Positions 56,929 through 64,000 of a DNA stretch of 64,000 nt are shown here, piece after piece. Positions within the stretch are counted from its first letter, which is position 1, and each line of letters opens with the position of its first letter. The notes beneath the pieces were generated by a model that was not told where the DNA came from, did no database searches, and saw nothing but the letters and a program-made list of their open reading frames with translations. The position numbers were made by a program, and so were the translations under genes. This stretch comes from a bacterium (GTDB lineage Bacteria; Patescibacteriota; Minisyncoccia; JAUYLV01), in the NCBI GenBank assembly GCA_030649025.1, contig JAUSGO010000004.1, forward strand, positions 6,824-70,823, given 5' to 3'.

Positions 56929-57717
56929 ATGAAAAAAAAACTTATTGTAGCAAACTGGAAGGCGTACCTCGCGTCACAGAAAGAAGTCAAAGAGTACGTT
57001 TCGGTGTTCTCCAGAAATTTCGGAAAGTCCGGCGCTAAAAACGCCGCAGACGTTGTTTTTTGTCCCCCGTTCTTATATCTTGCGGCATTCCGGTCGGCGC
57101 ACATAGGGGGTGTTGCCGTGGGCGCTCAAGATGTATTTTGGGAGGAGCGGGGTCCTTATACGGGAGAGGCGACAACGAGCATGCTTAAAGATGCGGGCGC
57201 CTCCTATGTTATCATTGGCCACTCGGAGCGGCGGAGATATCTTGGGGAAAACGACGAAATGGTAAGTAAAAAATTGCGTGGGGCGCTTGAAGCGAAGATC
57301 AATGTAATACTATGTATTGGAGAGTGGACAAAAGCCTCCGACGATGTAGGCGAGAAAAAAACACTAGACTTTATCAAAAACCAGCTACACTGCGCTCTTG
57401 CGGGCGTTTCCAGGACCCTCCTAAAACGGATGGTGGTGGTGTACGAACCCGTGTGGGCCATTAGCGGGAACTCTGGCATTGCCGACACGCCCGAGAATGC
57501 TTCGCGCATGATCATGTTTATCAGACGCATTATTGCGAAGCTCTACGATGGGCATACCGCAAGATCTTTAGCCGTTCTTTATGGGGGGAGTGTATCTTCG
57601 CAAAATGCGGCCGGATTTATCCGTCAGGACACTATTGACGGAGTTTTGGTTGGCAGCGCAAGCGCGAATCCAAATGAATTTTTGAAAATTATAGCGGAAG
57701 CAACTCGTAAAACATAG
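56929..57717 (+). CDS. tpiA: triosephosphate isomerase
   Basis: MKKKLIVANWKAY...IIGHSERR...ILCIGE. Confidence 0.93.
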   Translation: MKKKLIVANWKAYLASQKEVKEYVSVFSRNFGKSGAKNAADVVFCPPFLYLAAFRSAHIGGVAVGAQDVFWEERGPYTGEATTSMLKDAGASYVIIGHSERRRYLGENDEMVSKKLRGALEAKINVILCIGEWTKASDDVGEKKTLDFIKNQLHCALAGVSRTLLKRMVVVYEPVWAISGNSGIADTPENASRMIMFIRRIIAKLYDGHTARSLAVLYGGSVSSQNAAGFIRQDTIDGVLVGSASANPNEFLKIIAEATRKT

Positions 57718-57752
57718 TTTGTGCGAGTAAAAATTCCAAACAAAAGTTCTAC

Positions 57753-58925
57753 ATGATGCGCTCTCTAACCACTCAAGACGTGAAAGGCAAGCGTATTCTT
57801 GTGCGCATTGATGTAGACGTCGAGCTCGCGGGGGACCGCAAAACCATTGCGAGTGATTTTAAGTTGCGCTCGCAAATTTCCACGATCGAGTGGCTGCGCA
57901 GAAATGGCGCGAAGGCGATCCTTGTGGGCCACTTCGGTCGCCCGGACGGCAAGAAAGACGCGAATCTTTCGCTTGCCCCCATGGCAAAAATATTTTCCGA
58001 ACTTTTAAGAAAGCGGGTAAAACTGCTCGGGGACTGTGTGGGCGACGAAGTAGAAGATGAGGTCCTGCACATGAAGAACGAAGACGTCGTTCTACTTGAG
58101 AACGTGCGGTTTCACAAAGGGGAAACCGAGAACGACATGGTATTTGCGCGTAGACTTGCTCGCCTCGCGGACATCTACGTCAATAATGCATTTGCAAACT
58201 GCCACCGAAAACACGCTTCCATGGTCGCCATCGCCGGGCTTCTACCCTCCTATGCGGGCATACTTCTTGAGAAGGAGGTCTTGGCGCTCTCCCTGGTGCT
58301 TAAAAATCCAAAAAGGCCGCTTGTGCTTGTTATTGGAGGAGCAAAAATAGAAACAAAACTTCCTATTATAAAAAACTTCTTAAAAAATGCTTCAGCAATT
58401 CTCGTTGGCGGGGCGGTTGCGAACACTTTTTTTGCGGGAAAAGGATACCGGACGGAGGCGTCAAGAGTCGAACGGGATTTCATTCCTGTAGCACGGCGCC
58501 TGCTTAAAAACAGAAAGATCGTATTACCCATAGATGTGGTAACCTCTCCAAATCCTCACGGGAAAAAAGGCATTGCGTTCCGCGATGCCAAAAAAATACA
58601 ATCCGGTGAAATGATACTCGATATAGGACAGAAATCTCTTGAGCGCTTCTCCGCCCATATCCATAAAGCCGGAACGGTGGTGTGGAACGGTCCCATGGGG
58701 CTTTTTGAAATTGCGGCTTTTGCGCACGGTACGGATGCTTTGGCCAGGATCATCGCCTCAAGCAAAGCGTACAAAGTTGTCGGGGGCGGGGAGACCGGTA
58801 TCGTACTGAAGAATCTTGGCATAGAGGATAAGATAAACCACATCTCAACCGGCGGTGGTGCCATGCTTGAGTTCCTTGGCGGAAAGAGGCTTTCGGGACT
58901 GGAGGCCCTGGGGTATTACAAATAA
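57753..58925 (+). CDS. pgk: phosphoglycerate kinase
   Basis: KRILVRIDVDVE...; 390 aa. Confidence 0.95.
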   Translation: MMRSLTTQDVKGKRILVRIDVDVELAGDRKTIASDFKLRSQISTIEWLRRNGAKAILVGHFGRPDGKKDANLSLAPMAKIFSELLRKRVKLLGDCVGDEVEDEVLHMKNEDVVLLENVRFHKGETENDMVFARRLARLADIYVNNAFANCHRKHASMVAIAGLLPSYAGILLEKEVLALSLVLKNPKRPLVLVIGGAKIETKLPIIKNFLKNASAILVGGAVANTFFAGKGYRTEASRVERDFIPVARRLLKNRKIVLPIDVVTSPNPHGKKGIAFRDAKKIQSGEMILDIGQKSLERFSAHIHKAGTVVWNGPMGLFEIAAFAHGTDALARIIASSKAYKVVGGGETGIVLKNLGIEDKINHISTGGGAMLEFLGGKRLSGLEALGYYK

Positions 58926-58962
58926 CTTGCCGCCTTGCGTGAATATGATACCGTAAGACGTT

Positions 58963-59700
58963 ATGCAAAACGTCTTTTTTGATACGGCCAAAACCTTCTT
59001 GCTGGACCTTCTTTTTCCCGTCGAATGCTTTGGGTGCGGCATAGCCGGTACGTATCTTTGCGCGCCGTGCTTTGCGAAGCTTCCCCTGCAAGAATTATTT
59101 ATCTGTCCGGTGTGTGAGAAGCCCTCGTTTGAACATGCGGTCTGCGTCGAATGTACCAAAAGAACGAAGCTCGACGGCCTTATTGCCGCATCGTTTTATG
59201 ACATAGCGCTCCTGCGCCGCCTCATCTTTGCCTATAAATATAAATTCGTAAAGCCGCTCGCCCTTCCTCTTTCACAGCTTATAGTAAAGTGCCTGACCCT
59301 GCACAACCATTCGCTTTTTCACAGAAACGACCTTGTACTTGTTCCCGTGCCGCTTTCCAAAAGACGTGAGCGCTGGCGCGGCTTTAATCAGGCGCGCGAG
59401 ATTGCCGTGTTGCTTGGGAAGGCTCTGCAAATTTCTCTTTGCGATAACGCGCTTTTCCGAACGCGGAATACCGTGCCGCAAATAGAGGCAGTGTCGCGCA
59501 AAGAACGCTTTGAGAACATTCGCGGTGCATTCAAGGTCGCCGACCCCCTCCAGATTAAAAATAAAACCATCCTGCTTGTGGATGATGTGGCCACATCTCT
59601 TGCAACGCTCAATGAATGTGCCCGCGTTCTAAAGGGGGCCGGCGCAAAAGAGGTATGGGGCATTGTGGTCGCAAGAGAGTATGTTAAGAAGGAGAATTAA
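58963..59700 (+). CDS. ComF-family phosphoribosyltransferase
   Basis: N-terminal double CxxC zinc finger plus PRTase motif ILLVDDVATSLATL. Confidence 0.8.
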   Translation: MQNVFFDTAKTFLLDLLFPVECFGCGIAGTYLCAPCFAKLPLQELFICPVCEKPSFEHAVCVECTKRTKLDGLIAASFYDIALLRRLIFAYKYKFVKPLALPLSQLIVKCLTLHNHSLFHRNDLVLVPVPLSKRRERWRGFNQAREIAVLLGKALQISLCDNALFRTRNTVPQIEAVSRKERFENIRGAFKVADPLQIKNKTILLVDDVATSLATLNECARVLKGAGAKEVWGIVVAREYVKKEN

Positions 59701-60256
59701 AGAGGAGGGTTTTTAACTTCGTTCGTTCGATAACTAAGCCCGCTATCCAGGCGCTTAAAAGTCCGACAGCAATGCCGCCGAAAATATCTGTGGGATAGTG
59801 GATGCCGGCGGCTATACGGGCGATGCCAATGAGGGCGGCGGAAATAAAAAAATACACACCCAGGCGCCGGTTTCGGAAATATACAAACCACGCTATGCCG
59901 AAAAAGAACGCGGCATGTCCAGATGGGAACGAGGCGGAGGTTTCGTGCGCGATAAGCGGAATAAAGTGCAACGCCACAAAAGGCCTGGGGCGGTTATAGA
60001 AAAAGCGAACAAGCTCGGTAAGCGCAAGCCGCGAGATAAGGGCTGTCGCTATGGAGCCCCAGGCCATAAGGCGCGTTCTTTCCTCGTCCCCCGGCATCCT
60101 ACGTTTGCCAAGCCATGGCCGCAAAAGAAGCGCGCCTACAACCGCGTACTGAAGCCACGAACCAAAGAAAATTACAAGTATATTGGCGAGCGCCGATCTG
60201 TCGGCAAGGTTATGTAGGGCGAGCACGATAGATGTGTCCATGAATGAGAAATTCAC
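59684..60256 (-). CDS. PAP2-family membrane phosphatase
   Basis: PSGH and HYPTD motifs; multi-TM. Confidence 0.8.
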   Translation of the reverse strand: MNFSFMDTSIVLALHNLADRSALANILVIFFGSWLQYAVVGALLLRPWLGKRRMPGDEERTRLMAWGSIATALISRLALTELVRFFYNRPRPFVALHFIPLIAHETSASFPSGHAAFFFGIAWFVYFRNRRLGVYFFISAALIGIARIAAGIHYPTDIFGGIAVGLLSAWIAGLVIERTKLKTLLFNSPS

Positions 60257-60262
60257 GTTGAT

Positions 60263-61477
60263 CTAATACGGAAGAGGAAACTTTTTGCAGAGCTTAAGTA
60301 CGTCTTTGTGTATCGTATTTAACGGACGTTTTTTTGTGAGCGCATCATGTATAAGCTGTGCAAGAGAATGCATTTCGCGCTCTCCCATGCCTCTGGAAGT
60401 GACCGATGGCGTTCCCATGCGAACCCCTGAAGGATCGAAGGGTTTCGTGTCTCCCGGAACGGTGTTGCGGTTTGCGATGATGCCGACTTCTTCGAGTAAA
60501 TCCTGGGCAATTTTTCCCTGAATATTTTTTTGGCGTAAATCGAGCAAGAGCAAGTGCGTATCGGTGCCTCCGGTCACCAGCGTATAACCAAGCCGCAAGA
60601 GCTCGTCGGCGAGGGCGATTGCGTTTTTTATAACCCGGATCTGGTAAGTTTTATACGAGGGCTTCAGCGCCTCTTCGAGCGCTACTCCGATTCCGGCGAT
60701 CGTGTGCAGGTGCGGACCTCCCTGGAGGCCCGGGAAGACGGCCTTGTCGATCTTTTCCATCACCTCTTTTTTGCCTACGATGACGGCGCCGCGAGGTCCG
60801 CGCAGGGTTTTGTGTGTGGTGAATGTTACAATGTCCGTGAACGGGAATGGCGAGGGATGCAGGCCTGCTCCGACCAGTCCTGCAATATGCGAGATGTCCG
60901 CCATGGAATATGCTCCAACTTCTTTTGCGATGTCATGGAATTTTTTAAAATCAATGCGTCGGGGATAAGCCGTTGCGCCAGAAACGATGAGCTTTGGCAT
61001 GAAACGCTTTGCGGTATCGCGTACGGCCCCGTAGTCCAAAAGCCCCGTCTCTTGATTGACGAAGTATTTTATGGATGTAAATAGCTTGCCGGTTGCCGAG
61101 ACTTTGTGTCCATGAGTGAGATGCCCGCCGTGGGAAAGCTCCAGTCCCATAAATGGGTCTCCGGGGCTCAAAAGCGCCATATATACGGCAAGATTTGCGG
61201 GTGAGCCCGAATGCGGCTGGACATTTACGGCATAACTCTCGTCAAGCAAAAAAACTTTTCGTATAAGTTGTTGAACGTACGTTTCTAACTCATCCGCGAC
61301 AGCGTTTCCCGGATAGTAGCGTCGTCCCGGATAGCCTTCGGCGTACTTATTGATGAATGGCGAGGCAATGGCATTGAGCACTGCCGGGGAGGCGATGTTC
61401 TCCGAAGGTATCAAGTCGAGCGTCATCCGCTGTCGCCCAAGCTCTTTCTTAATTAGTGCGGTAATGTGCGATTTCAT
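60263..61477 (-). CDS. glyA: serine hydroxymethyltransferase
   Basis: LIPSENIASPAVLNAIASPFINKYAEGYPGRRYY; THKTLRGPRG. Confidence 0.95.
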   Translation of the reverse strand: MKSHITALIKKELGRQRMTLDLIPSENIASPAVLNAIASPFINKYAEGYPGRRYYPGNAVADELETYVQQLIRKVFLLDESYAVNVQPHSGSPANLAVYMALLSPGDPFMGLELSHGGHLTHGHKVSATGKLFTSIKYFVNQETGLLDYGAVRDTAKRFMPKLIVSGATAYPRRIDFKKFHDIAKEVGAYSMADISHIAGLVGAGLHPSPFPFTDIVTFTTHKTLRGPRGAVIVGKKEVMEKIDKAVFPGLQGGPHLHTIAGIGVALEEALKPSYKTYQIRVIKNAIALADELLRLGYTLVTGGTDTHLLLLDLRQKNIQGKIAQDLLEEVGIIANRNTVPGDTKPFDPSGVRMGTPSVTSRGMGEREMHSLAQLIHDALTKKRPLNTIHKDVLKLCKKFPLPY

Positions 61478-62127
61478 TTCTTTTTTAGATCGTTAAAAAG
61501 GCGTATAAGTTCTTGCGGAGACACGGGGCCGACGCGGACCATCTTTGGTTCATTTCCCGTAATGTCTATAACGGTTGAGGCAGGACTTGGACGGAGCGTG
61601 CCCGCATCCACAATAAGATCGGGAAGATGTTTTTTATTTTTAAATTGGGCGCGAAGGGCCCTGATATCGGAAACGGGAGGCTCGCCGGAAATATTTGCGG
61701 AAGTTGTTGTTAGAGGAAAGTCGATGCGTGAAAAAAGCATTTCAAGAAAATCGTTTTTAAAACAGCGAAGACCAATGGGCCCGCCGCCAGTAAGGATATC
61801 CGGCGCCACAGATCGTTTTGGCAAAATGACCGTGACGGCTCCCGGCCAGACACGTGCCAGGAATTTTTCAGCAACCGCCGAGACAACTGCGATGCGGCGC
61901 GCCATTGCGACATCTTTTACTGCAACAGAGATGGGTTTTTGCTTTACGCGTTCTTTAATGAGGAAAACTTTTTCTATTGCCCGCTCATCAAGCGCGTTGG
62001 TGCCAAGTCCGTACACGGTATCTGTGGGGTACACCATGACGCCGCCTTGCCCCAGAATCTCCGACGCCAATTGGACGGCCCGCTCGACGCTTCGCGGATT
62101 CTGAAGGTCAAGATGAATATTTTTCAT
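61474..62127 (-). CDS. tsaC: L-threonylcarbamoyladenylate synthase (TsaC/YrdC/Sua5 family)
   Basis: VMVYPTDTVYGLGTNALDERAIEKVFLIKER. Confidence 0.85.
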   Translation of the reverse strand: MKNIHLDLQNPRSVERAVQLASEILGQGGVMVYPTDTVYGLGTNALDERAIEKVFLIKERVKQKPISVAVKDVAMARRIAVVSAVAEKFLARVWPGAVTVILPKRSVAPDILTGGGPIGLRCFKNDFLEMLFSRIDFPLTTTSANISGEPPVSDIRALRAQFKNKKHLPDLIVDAGTLRPSPASTVIDITGNEPKMVRVGPVSPQELIRLFNDLKKK

Positions 62128-62723
62128 GATGATGCGCGCATGGTCCCGCCACCCATTTTTTGTTCGAAATAGGAAGCGTATTCTGAAAAAAAATTACGTC
62201 GATCCGGATGCCGAGTTGCGAGATATTTGAAGTTGAGGGCGAATTGATCTAACAGGAAACTGGTTTCCGCTTCCGGTTTTTGAAAATACGTATGAGGTTT
62301 ATCGCCGCTATTATAATGTTCAAGCGCCATTTTCCATTTTTCCGGATTTCCGCCGGAAAGCAATGCGCGCGGCATAGGATCCACATAGAGAGGCCTCCCC
62401 CTTTCATCATAAAGCTTCTCTACGATAGGCATGCGCGCGATGCTTGCAAGCTTTGCCTGCCGAATATCGGAATCTCTAGCAAATGATAGCTGGATGGCTA
62501 TTTGTTTTCCGTTTTTCAGTGTAACGACCAGGTCGATAAGCTCATGGTCCTCCGTTCTCGTTCCGCTTCTTACCTCTCGAAACAGGTCTTGTCCGGCGTA
62601 TGCTAAAAATTCTCTGAACACCGGTTCGAGCTCCTTGCCGAGCTTCTCCTGCTCGGCCCTTCTTTGTTCGAAGTCGATACGACGCACATAAAGATCTTCG
62701 ATTGCGGAGGCACGCATAGCCAT
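62124..62723 (-). CDS. hypothetical protein, first gene of a three-gene operon with tsaC and glyA
   Basis: 199-aa ORF with 4-nt overlaps to the downstream genes. Confidence 0.45.
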   Translation of the reverse strand: MAMRASAIEDLYVRRIDFEQRRAEQEKLGKELEPVFREFLAYAGQDLFREVRSGTRTEDHELIDLVVTLKNGKQIAIQLSFARDSDIRQAKLASIARMPIVEKLYDERGRPLYVDPMPRALLSGGNPEKWKMALEHYNSGDKPHTYFQKPEAETSFLLDQFALNFKYLATRHPDRRNFFSEYASYFEQKMGGGTMRASS

Positions 62724-62725
62724 AC

Positions 62726-63037
62726 TTGATTAGTTATCCACCCAAGCATACCATGTCCATTGACGTCCTTTCAATGAGGTGTACACTAGGAACATTACCA
62801 ATAGTTATTGCCATGCTTGGAGAATCTATAACAAAGAAAGAGTTGGAAGATTTGCTCGGAGAGTCCCAGCAGACCATTATTGAAGCCGTTGATTATAAGT
62901 TCCAGGACATCGAAAAACACCTCATGCGTATCGAGGATAGTCTTGACAAGACCTATGGACGCACATTAGAGCGTCACGAGTCGCTTTTAACAAAAATAGC
63001 CCGCAAGTTAGGGCTGGAGGAGGAACTTAAGGCCTAG
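62726..63037 (+). CDS. hypothetical small coiled-coil protein
   Basis: 103-aa ORF; no family. Confidence 0.35.
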   Translation: MISYPPKHTMSIDVLSMRCTLGTLPIVIAMLGESITKKELEDLLGESQQTIIEAVDYKFQDIEKHLMRIEDSLDKTYGRTLERHESLLTKIARKLGLEEELKA

Positions 63038-63162
63038 AATCAAGAAAAAGGCGTAGAGGCTTTAGCATGGACCGCCGGAAGGCGGTGTTGTTTTTATGGA
63101 CGCGCGCATAAAGAATTGGTCTTTGGCATTTTTTATTCAAGTACCGGCGACCAATCTTGGTA

Positions 63163-63190
63163 TTGACTTTTAAAATAGTTATGCTATACT
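63163..63190 (+). promoter_or_regulatory. sigma70-type promoter: -35 TTGACT, 16-nt spacer, -10 TATACT, then SD GGAGG 4 nt before the ATG at 63235
   Basis: Hexamer matches and spacing. Confidence 0.55.
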
Positions 63191-63234
63191 CTTTTGTGCC
63201 GTAGAAACTTCTTTTCAAAAAGAATAGGAGGACA

Positions 63235-64000
63235 ATGCGCAACGACTTTGCGAAGGTCATTGTGGAGCGGCCGCGAACGGGGTCGCATCTGCCGAACCTG
63301 AAAACGCGTCTGCCGCGCATTCACTCTTGGGACACGGAAGCGGATGAGTACACCGGTCCCCTTCGGATTTCCCGGCGTGCGCGCTGGCATTCCCGGGACG
63401 CCAAGGGCCAGACGGATTTTTTGAGTCCGCTCACGCGCTTCTTGCACGCGCAGGTAGGCAAACCGTGGAATCGGGTCTGGAGCGAGATCAAGCATCGGTT
63501 TGACGAACGGTCGCTAGTGCAGTGGCACTTCGTGCAGCACGTGAAGCAGATGGTGGAGCTGAATTGCTTCATTGGCAAGGGTAGTGCGGTGTACGATGGC
63601 AGTCCCCGTGACGGCGGCACATTCACTCGGGTGGACGGGTTTTACGTCCATCCGGAAACCAAAACGCTAGAGTGGGCGGATTCTTGGAGAAATTCCCTCA
63701 GCAAGCATCCCGAGCACCCCGTCATACTCATTGTCCCCGACGCAAATACCGAGTATCGGCGTATCGGGGGTATCTGGTACGTGTTGACGTACGCGTACTA
63801 TGATCCGGAAGAAACTGTTTCGGAGCGCTTCGATGGCTTATTGGGTAAATTCGTTCCCGTTTTGCGCAAGGAACAGAAGGACGCTCCCAGGCGATACCTC
63901 CTGCGCCGGAAGCAAGCCAACCGAAAAGAGCTTCTGGAGATCAGGAAATATCTTGCGGATGCGCCGCAGCTAATCAAAAAGCGCGACTGGCAGAAACTCA
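63235..64000 (+). CDS. hypothetical protein, 5' partial (open to the window end), in a segment of visibly higher GC content
   Basis: Not in the ORF track because it has no stop before the window end. Uninterrupted reading frame MRNDFAKVIVERPRTGSHLPNLKTRL...; the apparent GC rise from about 63.2 kb is judged by eye. The antisense ORFs listed in this area are probably artefacts. Confidence 0.55.
   Translation, partial: MRNDFAKVIVERPRTGSHLPNLKTRLPRIHSWDTEADEYTGPLRISRRARWHSRDAKGQTDFLSPLTRFLHAQVGKPWNRVWSEIKHRFDERSLVQWHFVQHVKQMVELNCFIGKGSAVYDGSPRDGGTFTRVDGFYVHPETKTLEWADSWRNSLSKHPEHPVILIVPDANTEYRRIGGIWYVLTYAYYDPEETVSERFDGLLGKFVPVLRKEQKDAPRRYLLRRKQANRKELLEIRKYLADAPQLIKKRDWQKL

Noticed and set aside
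63027-63626. Three overlapping minus-strand ORFs (63027-63320, 63184-63495, 63321-63626)
   Set aside because: They are antisense to a long uninterrupted plus-strand frame that has a canonical promoter and SD. High GC inflates spurious ORF length.

Overview
This 64-kb window looks like the chromosomal replication-origin region of a small-genome bacterium, followed by a long run of translation-machinery operons with a few accessory segments in between. Lineage is inferred only: the missing L30, GTG starts on core genes and the short-form YidC are compatible with a Patescibacteria/CPR-like organism.

Gene order, left to right:
- Origin region: yidC (partial), yidD, rnpA and rpmH on the minus strand, diverging from dnaA and dnaN. 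The dnaA-dnaN spacer is very AT-rich.
- 4.2-11.0 kb, all minus strand: a class-A PBP1A, ndk, and the str operon (rpsL-rpsG-fusA).
- 11.2-15.6 kb: a Shine-Dalgarno (SD)-bearing three-gene operon. It encodes a thiolase-fold protein whose nucleophilic cysteine is replaced (Ltp2-aldolase-like), a DUF35 zinc-ribbon/OB protein fused to an SCP2 domain, and an AMP-forming acyl-CoA synthetase.
- 16.4-19.4 kb: an accessory patch between tRNA-Val(TAC) and tRNA-Gly(GCC) and beyond. It holds yraN flanked by GAAACA/TGTTTC palindromes (one a 34-bp perfect palindrome), a NUDIX hydrolase, a hypothetical gene flanked by 25-bp direct repeats, and a secreted chagasin-family inhibitor. Two displaced tRNA-Gly fragments bracket about 2 kb of it.
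- 19.8-22.9 kb: a 1019-aa UvrD-type helicase fused to a Cas4/AddB-like Fe-S nuclease, followed by M16 peptidase, MurJ, a Gly/Pro-rich membrane protein, NusA, Ddl, an AbrB-like regulator with a HlyD/ABC/2xFtsX export system, M28 peptidase and LepA.
- 40.5-54.9 kb: the tuf-S10-spc cluster through adk and map, with no L29 or L30 at their canonical positions.
- After map the cluster is followed by GT2, galT, tpiA, pgk, comF-like, PAP2, glyA and tsaC. Near the end, local GC content appears to rise (judged by eye, not computed) around a partial gene with a canonical sigma70 promoter and SD.

The most unusual signal is architectural. Almost every core translation gene lacks an SD. Instead it has, within 1-11 nt of its (often GTG) start codon, a 4x tandem 7-8-nt repeat. 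These fall into several families, including a 23-nt GTTAACG hairpin module before rpsS and map, and a 110-125-nt repeat before nusA and rpsE. The accessory genes use classical SD sequences.
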